DNA of 64,000 bases from Thermodesulfobacteriota bacterium (GCA_963675595.2 CAXXLZ010000002.1:1632001-1696000), one strand, 5' to 3'. Counted from the stretch's first letter, positions 17,938-26,067 are shown. Made by a program: numbers and translations. Notes: generated by a model not told the origin, from the sequence alone.

Positions 17938-19797
17938 TTATTGCCTTGGCCGGGTTGTACATCGTCCGTCTCGGTCCCTCTTCGTCAGCAGCTTTTCAGC
18001 AAGAATTAGGGCGTCCACCGGCCAGAAACATTCCGGGCGGGGCTGATGCACGTCGGGAAGCCCCTCAATCGGACGGCATGCGAGGATCCGGTCTGTCCAT
18101 CTGGCAGGAACCGCTTCCCGGCCGTACACCGCACCGAGAAGAGCGCCGCATATGGCTGCGTTGGTATCCGTGTCCCCTCCTCGCATCACTGTGTCTACAA
18201 CGCCTTCCTCAAAGTTCGGAGCATGGAGGAGCTGCCAAAGGGCGTTCCAGAAAGCTATTAATACCCATCCTTGTTTGTGCACATAGCCTGGAGGCGGATC
18301 CGATGCCGCTCTTGTGATGGCGTCCATGAGCGAGTCGTCCACATCCGTATCCCTGGCTCGGTCGAGCACAAAGTTATAGACCTCTTTGGGTTTGGAGCCG
18401 GTACGGATTGTATGGGCAATGGCCACGGTGAATAAGCCATTGGCTTGCAGGCAAACCAGATGAGGATGGGTCAGTGCCGCATCCCGCCACGCCCACTCCC
18501 ACACCTGACTCAGATCAAAATTTGTCCCGAAAATACCCAACGGGCTCACGCGCATCAAGGCGCCATTGGCCTGACTATCCGGATTTGGTAGGCCGCGAAG
18601 ACCTCCGGCAACGGTCATGCCGCAGTCGAAAGGCCCCGAGTGAAGCCAGAACACATAGGCTTTACGGGCTTCCTCGGCATCGTATGTAACCTGTGTAATG
18701 AGGGTCCGAGCCAGCAGCGGCGCCATCTCGGAATCGTCCGTGGGCTGTCCGGCAATGGTGTTAAAGGTTCCTCCGTCTGCCAATTCCCTTAGCCCTTTGG
18801 GATATCTAACCTTTATCCATTCAGGGCGTTTGAACTCCACCAGACTGCCCAGCGCGTCCCCTGCCAGTTGGCCCAACAGGCACCCTTGTGCCCGGGAAAG
18901 CAGGCCGGCATCCGGGGATTCGCCGCTCGATTTCGGCCAAGTAAGCGAATAGGGACTGCGCGTTTCAGGACGATTGAAAACCTCGCTCCAATCTTGTTTC
19001 TCCAGATGATCCACGAGGGCCTTGCAGCCTCCAAACACACGGAAGCTGAAACTGAAGCTCAAATCCGCCGAATATCGAACCGGCCGTCCCCTCTCATCGT
19101 ACAAATCCCCTCCTGCCCCCATCAGAATCGCGTGTCCGCCGGCCAAGTCCCAAAACTCCGGACTATTGAGCGACACCGCCGCGTCGCCTTCACCCGCCGC
19201 CACGAGCGCCAGACGGTAGGCAATACTTGGCATTGCCCTATAACGCATGGGATAAACCAGTCGCGCATTCGCCTCCGCATTGTGGTCCGCATGGTGCGAC
19301 AAGAGAACCGTGCAGTTCGAGCTCGGTTCATCCGGCCAGGTTCTTACCACCATCCGGCCGTTTCGCAAGACCGGCCCGCCTTTTGTCCAGGCAATAAGAT
19401 CGCCGTTATCATCTGGAAAATTGTACGCATACACCACGCCCAACACAGGCTTGCTCTTTTCCAACAGAGCTATGGAGACCGCGGCACCCCTAAAACCCGA
19501 CATAAAAGCGCTTGTGCCATCGTTGGGGTCCACCACCCAATATCGTTCCTCTCCACTGCTACATATCCGCGCACGCCCCAATTCTTCTCCGAAAAAACCG
19601 TCTTCCGGAAACGTCCTATCTATCCGCCTTAGGATGAGCTCTTCCGCGATTTGATCCAGTTCCGCATGATGACTCGTCCCACGTGGACCGCCTTGGCGAT
19701 TGAATTCATCACGGAGGACAGAACCTGCAGAAAGTGCGGCTTCAGTGGCAGTGGTGAGTTCGGGGTCGTAAGACGCGTGGGAAGTCATAGTGTTCAC
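17938..19797 (-). CDS. Inositol-monophosphatase-family domain fused to ADP-ribosylglycohydrolase
   Basis: N-terminal GEE..WVVDPNDGT, WDLAGG; C-terminal GQLAGDALG, GQPTDDSEM, ANGALMR, GGDTDTNAAICGALLGA; start may be ATG 19788. Confidence 0.9.
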   Translation of the reverse strand: MNTMTSHASYDPELTTATEAALSAGSVLRDEFNRQGGPRGTSHHAELDQIAEELILRRIDRTFPEDGFFGEELGRARICSSGEERYWVVDPNDGTSAFMSGFRGAAVSIALLEKSKPVLGVVYAYNFPDDNGDLIAWTKGGPVLRNGRMVVRTWPDEPSSNCTVLLSHHADHNAEANARLVYPMRYRAMPSIAYRLALVAAGEGDAAVSLNSPEFWDLAGGHAILMGAGGDLYDERGRPVRYSADLSFSFSFRVFGGCKALVDHLEKQDWSEVFNRPETRSPYSLTWPKSSGESPDAGLLSRAQGCLLGQLAGDALGSLVEFKRPEWIKVRYPKGLRELADGGTFNTIAGQPTDDSEMAPLLARTLITQVTYDAEEARKAYVFWLHSGPFDCGMTVAGGLRGLPNPDSQANGALMRVSPLGIFGTNFDLSQVWEWAWRDAALTHPHLVCLQANGLFTVAIAHTIRTGSKPKEVYNFVLDRARDTDVDDSLMDAITRAASDPPPGYVHKQGWVLIAFWNALWQLLHAPNFEEGVVDTVMRGGDTDTNAAICGALLGAVYGREAVPARWTDRILACRPIEGLPDVHQPRPECFWPVDALILAEKLLTKRDRDGRCTTRPRQ

Positions 19798-20529
19798 TTT
19801 GACAGTGTGGAAATGCTACTCGATTCTAACCTATCACAGAGGTCCGACCTACTTGGAAGTAGCAAGATGGATGGTTGGCGACGAGACATGGTAGGCCCTC
19901 GGTCACATAATCTTCCCGGCCATCTGCCGGAGTCGGCCGTCCCGGTCCATCAGAAAGATTCCGTTCGACATACATTGCCCCAATGGAAAGTCAGTTCGTT
20001 TTCCATTCGCTTGGAAGTCATGTTATATGTTGCGCCCTTTCCGATCAGGCGGGCGGCGCCCCAGTAAGACTGTCAAGAATGACGCCATCGATCCAACCAA
20101 CTGAAAACAAGACAGTTTCTTTCACACTCTGTCTCGGATTGCTTAGAAAAAAGCTGGCAATTCGTATGCTACACCGCTTGCTGCATTGCTAAAAAACTGA
20201 GCATCCTTTTTCTGACTGTTCCAAAGATGCATATTAGAATGGGATGTTTTCTTCAAGTTCCGCAATCCTGATTATTTAGTTGAATTGCTGTATTCATCAA
20301 AATAATTTCCAGTTAACAGCCAAATTGTACAGATTATGGATCCATGTCAAGATTCTTGAGTTTTTTATTGTATTCTCGAAAGCAGACTTGGGGGGTCCAG
20401 TTTCGTATCACGCCTCCAACGGCTAAATCCGCAAGTCTCCTTCACAACCTGAAAAAAAGGGCACCAATGCCTCACTCTGGGATGAAAAAAGGTTTGTTCT
20501 CCTGGATAAGAATAGGAAAAAGAGATCGT

Positions 20530-20973
20530 TCAAGCCGTTAACTCTTCTACTTCTACCGAGTCATTTGTCGGGAGACGAGCCTCTGAGACTTCGTAGCGCT
20601 CACTTCCCTTGTACTTCGGACGCATGCGCCGGAATTCCGCTGTCACAGGGACAAGTCGTATCAGGACGGTCTTGTTCTTGAGCGGTGAATGTTTCTTTAG
20701 CTCAGAGAGAAGGCTCACCTGACTGATCGTCCAGGTCATTTCTTTTCCCTCGTATGAAACGTCAAACCAGAGATCGTGGGCGTTACTGTCGAAATTGTTC
20801 TCGGTCTCTTTCCGAGGACCGTCGCTCAAGAAAGTCACTTCGAAACCTTCACGTTTCATTTGTTCTGTCGGTTTGAAAAACGGTGGCAGATCGCCACTGT
20901 TTCCCATATTATCCCAGCTTGGGCAGCCGGTATGGTGTGTGCCTGATGTGGCATATTTTTGTCCATTTGCCAT
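20530..20973 (-). CDS. Hypothetical protein, possible OB-fold ssDNA-binding protein, divergent from cdc6
   Basis: SD GGAGGTG; beta-rich FEVTFLSDGP..LWFDVSYEGKEMTWTISQVSLL; acidic C-terminus; fold is a guess. Confidence 0.6.
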   Translation of the reverse strand: MANGQKYATSGTHHTGCPSWDNMGNSGDLPPFFKPTEQMKREGFEVTFLSDGPRKETENNFDSNAHDLWFDVSYEGKEMTWTISQVSLLSELKKHSPLKNKTVLIRLVPVTAEFRRMRPKYKGSERYEVSEARLPTNDSVEVEELTA

Positions 20974-21159
20974 GGTTTGCACCTCCGAATCGGGTTTTTT
21001 CGATTCAAAGATTGAGAATAGTAGCTTTTATTTATAATTCTTTCTATTATTGTTCAAATTTACCAAAAGGCCATAGAGTGTGGGAAGATTTCTTGTGGAA
21101 ATCAAAAAATATTTTCGCAGGCATGCTCTACTTACACTTTGTCGCTACTGCAAAGTGGT

Positions 21160-21244
21160 TTAGTTTATAAAGTTTTCTTGAAATATTAATCTTTTATATT
21201 ATATTATATAATTTCTATATAGAAATAAATAATAATAAGGAAAA
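21160..21244. other. Very AT-rich tract, candidate DNA-unwinding element
   Basis: TTTTATATTATATTATATAATTTCTATATAGAAATAAATAATAATAAGG in a ~55% GC background; adjacent to the ORB-like boxes once the IS is removed. Confidence 0.55.
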
Positions 21245-22794
21245 CTAGAGTTTAGAGCCATGCGGGGCAGCCAAGTTTGTATAGAAGAGCATAGTTCTCC
21301 AAGACGGGTTGAATACCGTTGACGTAAGGCTTTGAGATGATTGACTGAACACGGATATCAGGCAGCGCGCCCCAAGTCTTCCGGAGAATCGGTGAATTCC
21401 GGTTGGAATTTTTTGGATTTCCGGTTCCACATGGCTCGCACGTTTAAGTTGCCGAAAAGACGACCGATGGCTGCGGCCATCCAGCCGGCGGTGGCGGGCC
21501 TGTTCTTTCTCCAAGGGATTGGAAACATCGTATAGGCCGCGTTGGGACCCAGGCAGAGCGCCAAGAGCCGTGGCAAGCCGTAGGCCAGGCACAAGATCAT
21601 GCTCCATCGAGCCAATGTCTGCCGTGTCTGCTGCCAAGCATTTTTCAGTCCGAACAGGTGCTTGATCTCGTTGAACATGGGCTCGGTCCACCATCGTCGT
21701 GCATAGCGTGTAATCACTTCCGCGCCGTCCATGTCGGGATCGGTACTGATCAGAAGATGCCAATCGGACCAAGAGGGGTTGTCGGACATAAACCGGCACC
21801 ACACGATCTTGCACAACCGGCCGTCCAGGAAGCGGACTTTGGCTTTGGTTTGGTAGAACTGGAAAACTCGTTCCGAGCCGTAGGCAAAGAGGGTTTTCTC
21901 CACCGGACGACAGAATCGTCCGATGTTTTCCAACGTGAGTTTTTCCCCATACTTTCTGGGTCTGCCCCGTTTCTTCCGAGGCGGATTGTCCGGAGGCAAA
22001 AACAGGGCGGTATCTTTGCGGACTTGGCCGATGACCGTCACACCATCGCGAATCAGGGGAACCACCAGGGAGCTTTTCATATACCAGGCATCGAGCAGCA
22101 GAATAATGAGAAAGCGATCCGGCAGCCAAGTCATGAGAACGGACATCAAGAGCCGCGCCGCGTCCAGTTTGGTGGTGTTCCCTTTTTTGCGGATGAGCCG
22201 AAACAAGAGGGGAAACGCGGCTACCCGGCCCTTGTGGCGGCAGATGACAGCCAGAGAAACCCGAAGCTGTCCCCACAGGAATTTGGGGCGGTTGGGCCGG
22301 TGCGCGTGATCGTAATGCCAACCGGCGCAGGGAGCTTTCTTGGACGATCTGGGCAAAGGGAAGTCGTCTATGGCGAACTCGATGGATCGGTTTGGAATCC
22401 GTTTCAGGATCAGGCGCATCCATTGCCGGGCTAGCGCAAGCCATTGGAATCGGCCCTTTTCGATGGCCTTGTAATAGGCGGTCCAGGACAACTGGGGCCG
22501 AACGGCCAGAAGCGCGGAAGAAATATGGCCGCCGCGGCAGACCATACATCCCATCAGGAGTTCCAGAAGAGTCGGAGCTATTCTGCACGGAACGGCCTGA
22601 AATAGAAAGGAAATCCACTGCGATAGGAGCATAAGTGCTTGAGCCGTCGAATCCATTGGTTGACCCCCAAGGAAAGGTTTCTTTCCTTAAAGGGCAGCCA
22701 AAGGCGGCCGCGCATCCGCGCGGCAATGTCAAGTACTTTGTTGTCTTTATTCGCATTTTTCCTATACCAAGGGTCGCCAGACTCTAAACTCTAG
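21245..22794 (-). mobile_element. IS701/IS4-like insertion sequence (1550 bp)
   Basis: IRs CTAGAGTTTAGAG / CTCTAAACTCTAG; 9-bp target duplication TAAGGAAAA (21236-21244, 22795-22803). Confidence 0.9.
21358..22656 (-). CDS. DDE transposase (DDE_5/IS701-like)
   Basis: FAIDD..PRSSKKAP, LLDAWY, LLISTD..VITRYARRWWTEPMFNEIK. Confidence 0.9.
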   Translation of the reverse strand: MDSTAQALMLLSQWISFLFQAVPCRIAPTLLELLMGCMVCRGGHISSALLAVRPQLSWTAYYKAIEKGRFQWLALARQWMRLILKRIPNRSIEFAIDDFPLPRSSKKAPCAGWHYDHAHRPNRPKFLWGQLRVSLAVICRHKGRVAAFPLLFRLIRKKGNTTKLDAARLLMSVLMTWLPDRFLIILLLDAWYMKSSLVVPLIRDGVTVIGQVRKDTALFLPPDNPPRKKRGRPRKYGEKLTLENIGRFCRPVEKTLFAYGSERVFQFYQTKAKVRFLDGRLCKIVWCRFMSDNPSWSDWHLLISTDPDMDGAEVITRYARRWWTEPMFNEIKHLFGLKNAWQQTRQTLARWSMILCLAYGLPRLLALCLGPNAAYTMFPIPWRKNRPATAGWMAAAIGRLFGNLNVRAMWNRKSKKFQPEFTDSPEDLGRAA

Positions 22795-22828
22795 TAAGGA
22801 AAAGAAAACATCACCAAAAACTGAAACT

Positions 22829-22850
22829 GAAAGTTCCACCGGAAACTTTC
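22829..22850. promoter_or_regulatory. ORB-like (origin recognition box) palindrome
   Basis: GAAAGTTCCACCGGAAACTTTC; core GTTCCACCGGAAAC resembles the archaeal ORB core GTTCCAGTGGAAAC; ~90 bp upstream of cdc6. Confidence 0.6.
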
Positions 22851-22896
22851 CCTCTCTCAAAATCCGGTTCACTTTCAAGTGACAACAGGAATTTGC

Positions 22897-22914
22897 ACCG
22901 AAAACTATTTATAG
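22897..22914 (+). promoter_or_regulatory. Archaeal-type BRE-TATA-like motif for cdc6
   Basis: ACCGAAAACTATTTATAG; TATA at 22906; TTG start at 22935, ATG at 22941; no SD. Confidence 0.55.
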
Positions 22915-22934
22915 ATGTCCTGTAGAAGAATCGC

Positions 22935-24209
22935 TTGAAAATGTCCGGTGGAGATCATTCAGAAGCTTCCCTGCAATTCATTCGCACATTGCATGACTCA
23001 CAGAAGAATCATCGCCTTATTTTGAACCCCAACTATTTGGACGACGAGAAGTTGCCTGAGGAAGAGCGGACTTCGGTTCTGAAGGAGATTTTTGATCGGA
23101 ATATCCGGGAAGAGCAGCTGAAACGCATCGTCTGTCATCTGACTCCGATCCTGGACGGCGATCATCCGAGTTCATTACTGGTCTTCGGTCCTACGGGTTC
23201 AGGGAAAACGGTTTCCCTCATTCACGTCCTTTCGACGTTTCAGGAATATTGCCGAACTCAGTCCGTCGGGTTCCAGTATAGATACGTGGACTTGACCTCC
23301 CCCAGGTCTTCTTTCGGAGCGTTGAACGAGCTTGCGAGAGCCCTCAATGAATCGATTCGCACCTACAGGAAAGGCATTCCCATCGATCAGATGCAGGAAC
23401 GGATCATCGAAGAGCTGAACCGATTCCAGGGGTTCTTGTGCCTCTTGATTGATGAGGCGGATAATATCAAGCCCAATGCGGATGAATTTATCACCTTCCT
23501 TGGAAAGACCCTTCCAAGAAAGATTCCCTGCCGGTTGGTTCTCATCATGGTCACGAACAAACTGAACTGGGACAAGATGCTGGACCCGCGGATTCTGAGT
23601 GTTCTCAAGAAGACGGACATGCTCTTTGAACCCTATAACGCCTTGGATTTGATCGAAATCCTGAATCTTCGAGTGGAAAAGGCTTTGGATAAGTCAAAGG
23701 TGGACGAGGCCGCTGTCCGAAAGATCGCGGCGTTGGCGTCGCGAGAAACCGGTGATGCGAGAAAGGCGGTTGAACTTCTCTCAAAGTCGGCCAAAGTCGC
23801 ACAGGAAACCGGCGGCAGGCTGTCCGAAGAAATCGTGGATCTGGCTGAGCACAGATTGGAAATGGACAAAACAGAGGAAATGGTTCGGGCTCTCGCTCCG
23901 CAGCAGAAACTTGCGCTTCTTTCCTGCTACGATCTTCTGGCCAAGACTTCGAAACGGGTCACTACGGGCGAGGCCTATGATCGATACGCCAATTTCTGCG
24001 AGTTGGAACGGGTCAGGCCGCTCACACAACGAAGGTTCTCGGACATTATCGGTTCCCTTGACCTCTACGGACTGATCAACGCCCGGCTGATATCACGCGG
24101 CAGGTATGGCCAGACAAGAGAAATCTCAAGGTCGCTTCCCAAGGAAACCCTCAGCCGGTTCTTATCAAGAGAAGGATTCGGTTCCGGGTCGTTCGGCGGT
24201 CTTCATTGA
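22935..24209 (+). CDS. cdc6: Archaeal-type Orc1/Cdc6 replication initiator (AAA+ plus winged helix)
   Basis: REEQL, LVFGPTGSGKT, LLIDEAD, LDPRILS, FEPYNALDLIEILNLRV, GDARKAVELL, TTGEAYDRY..FC..LTQRRFSDII.SLDLYGLI...SRGRYGQTREI: the full archaeal Cdc6/Orc1 signature set. Confidence 0.92.
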   Translation: MKMSGGDHSEASLQFIRTLHDSQKNHRLILNPNYLDDEKLPEEERTSVLKEIFDRNIREEQLKRIVCHLTPILDGDHPSSLLVFGPTGSGKTVSLIHVLSTFQEYCRTQSVGFQYRYVDLTSPRSSFGALNELARALNESIRTYRKGIPIDQMQERIIEELNRFQGFLCLLIDEADNIKPNADEFITFLGKTLPRKIPCRLVLIMVTNKLNWDKMLDPRILSVLKKTDMLFEPYNALDLIEILNLRVEKALDKSKVDEAAVRKIAALASRETGDARKAVELLSKSAKVAQETGGRLSEEIVDLAEHRLEMDKTEEMVRALAPQQKLALLSCYDLLAKTSKRVTTGEAYDRYANFCELERVRPLTQRRFSDIIGSLDLYGLINARLISRGRYGQTREISRSLPKETLSRFLSREGFGSGSFGGLH

Positions 24210-24224
24210 CGGACCGTTGGGCTG

Positions 24225-24371
24225 CTATCCGCCTATCTTCACCCGTGTTGTGAACTTCCGGTGGCACTTGGTGCACATCCGGAGTCTGACTTTTCCCTGG
24301 GCAAGGGGCCTGTATCCTTTCCAGTGGCTTTGGGTTGCGCCGCAGTACGGGCATTTGTAGGGTCTTGGCAT
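24225..24371 (-). CDS. Small Zn-ribbon protein (48 aa)
   Basis: MPRPYKCPYCGATQSHWKGYR...RMCTKCHRKFT; SD GAGGTGA; convergent with cdc6. Confidence 0.7.
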   Translation of the reverse strand: MPRPYKCPYCGATQSHWKGYRPLAQGKVRLRMCTKCHRKFTTRVKIGG

Positions 24372-24404
24372 CGGTATCACCTCGGGACTTGGTAAGGCCC
24401 TGGT

Positions 24405-24422
24405 GTATATAAACTTTTCTTT
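24405..24422 (-). promoter_or_regulatory. Archaeal-type BRE-TATA-like motif (minus strand)
   Basis: AAAGAAAAGTTTATATAC; the +30 position falls at the start of the GAGGTGA SD of the Zn-ribbon gene. Confidence 0.55.
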
Positions 24423-24437
24423 CCTCTGCGGTCTTTG

Positions 24438-24455
24438 AGCGAAAGGTTTATATGA
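24438..24455 (+). promoter_or_regulatory. Archaeal-type BRE-TATA-like motif
   Basis: AGCGAAAGGTTTATATGA; TATA starts at 24447, 30 nt before the SD-less ATG at 24477. Confidence 0.6.
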
Positions 24456-24476
24456 AGGCTTTGCTTCCCAACAAAG

Positions 24477-25292
24477 ATGGAATGCGGAATACCGGAACCG
24501 GCTCACTCTGGCCAACACTCAGCAATAGTCTTGGACTTGGAAGAGCCGGAGGCGGCCGTCGGCCGGATTATCTGGGAGTTTGTCTTCGGCGTTGCTCAAT
24601 ACAAGGCGTCGGCCCGAGACTACTACTATGACGTTATGCTGGCGGATCATCCGTGTCCTGTTTGCGGCGAAAATCTGCGGATGCTTGAACCCGGTTCGGC
24701 GGCCTGTGCAAGCGGTCATGAACTCGACCCCACAGTGGTGTTTCAAAAGAGCGGCTGCTGCGGAGCAAAGCTGGTCAGGCGGTGTCTTCATTATGCGTGC
24801 GCTTCTTGTGGGAAGACCGTGCCGTCCCGGTTCTTGTTCGATGAACGGGTCTTCGACAAGGTCTATTTCCGGCAACGGATGGCGGAGTCCAGGGCCAAGA
24901 CGATAAAACGAAAAGAAATGATAAGGCTCGCCCGTCGAGAAGAGCGGTCGCGCGGGTTGACGTTACTGGAGGAACCGCAGCTTGATCGTTTGCCTGGTTT
25001 TACTGAAGCGTTGGCAGGCTTCATCGGCTTTGATGTGGGAGTTTGGGACGAGGAGTTCTCCCTGACTGGGAATCTTCCTGGGCTGTCCCGGTACAGACGC
25101 CATATCCTGGATTCAGTGAACAGGTATCGACAAATCATGTTTTCCAGGATCGATCTCCTGATCGATGATGCCCGAAGAGATCGGGCGATGCGCTTTGTCG
25201 CTCTGATCTTTCTGCTTCAGGATGGGGAAGTGCGGGTCACACAATACAGTTCGGATATTGAAATCGAGCCGCCCTACAATGAAATTGACTGA
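24477..25292 (+). CDS. Zn-finger protein with ScpA/kleisin-like C-terminal winged helix
   Basis: CPVCG..C..GH, CCG..CASCG; C-terminal RFVALIFLLQDGEVRVTQYSSDIEI resembles the ScpA C-terminal motif. Confidence 0.65.
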   Translation: MECGIPEPAHSGQHSAIVLDLEEPEAAVGRIIWEFVFGVAQYKASARDYYYDVMLADHPCPVCGENLRMLEPGSAACASGHELDPTVVFQKSGCCGAKLVRRCLHYACASCGKTVPSRFLFDERVFDKVYFRQRMAESRAKTIKRKEMIRLARREERSRGLTLLEEPQLDRLPGFTEALAGFIGFDVGVWDEEFSLTGNLPGLSRYRRHILDSVNRYRQIMFSRIDLLIDDARRDRAMRFVALIFLLQDGEVRVTQYSSDIEIEPPYNEID

Positions 25293-25647
25293 AAAGGACA
25301 AGGAGTTCATTGAAAAACTGAAAATGCTGATCGACGATAGTGATCTCAAGATTGAGCTGACGGAAAACGGCCTGAAGCGGTTCGTGTTGCGCAGAAATTA
25401 CGGCGACAAAATCGAACGGATTTTTGGATTAACGCGCCAGGGAATCAGGTGGCGGTTCCAGCGGCTGCTGGGAGATATCTACGTTTCTGCGTACACCACG
25501 ATCTATTGGGTTGAGAGCCTGTTAGGGACAGAACTCAGAACGATGGCGCTCGAGATCGCAAAGCAAAGGGTCGAACTTCGAAAGAAAGCCCTGAAAAGGA
25601 CTGGATGCAATAAGTTGGCCTTCGTCCAGCGCCGGCACAAGAGGTGA
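25279..25647 (+). CDS. Hypothetical protein, possible HTH
   Basis: MKLTEKDKEFIEKLK...IFGLTRQGIRWRFQRL; overlaps the upstream stop. Confidence 0.7.
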   Translation: MKLTEKDKEFIEKLKMLIDDSDLKIELTENGLKRFVLRRNYGDKIERIFGLTRQGIRWRFQRLLGDIYVSAYTTIYWVESLLGTELRTMALEIAKQRVELRKKALKRTGCNKLAFVQRRHKR

Positions 25648-25653
25648 TGCCTG

Positions 25654-26067
25654 ATCGTCAGCACAAAAATCGAACTCAGTCATAACAAGATCGCGAGAAT
25701 CCGGGACCTGGATGAACTCGCTGCTATCCTATTCCCCGGCAACAAGAATCATCAGAGAGTTTTTCTCGCAATCTTCATCGAACTCAAGTACGCTGAGCAT
25801 GAATTTCTAGACACTCTTCAGCCGTTGTGCGACAAATACGGTTTTTCACCGAGAATCCTCGAAACCGTCCGAAGCAAGATGCGGCGTATGGGGCTCATCG
25901 ATCACGTTTCCCGATTCAACAAGCGGCACGGCTATCGGGAAGGATGGGTTTTTTCCAGCAGGTTTGGGAAGTCATTGGAACAGCTTGCCGGCATCGCGGC
26001 GTCGGCCAGAGAGCGTAAAGGCGTGATGCAGGAGAAGAAGGACCGGGGGTTGTTTCGCCTCATGTAA
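25654..26067 (+). CDS. Putative winged-helix protein with non-canonical (ATC) or mutated start
   Basis: Frame is open from 25648; SD GAGGTG lies 7 nt before ATC; (I)VSTKIELSHNKIARIRDLDELAAILFPGNKNHQRVFLAIFIELKY...KMRRMGLIDHVSRFN; the ORF track caught only 25825-26067. Confidence 0.65.
   Translation: MVSTKIELSHNKIARIRDLDELAAILFPGNKNHQRVFLAIFIELKYAEHEFLDTLQPLCDKYGFSPRILETVRSKMRRMGLIDHVSRFNKRHGYREGWVFSSRFGKSLEQLAGIAASARERKGVMQEKKDRGLFRLM

Noticed and set aside
21245-22756. 503-aa ORF spanning the whole IS
   Set aside because: Alternative-frame shadow of the DDE transposase, with no motifs
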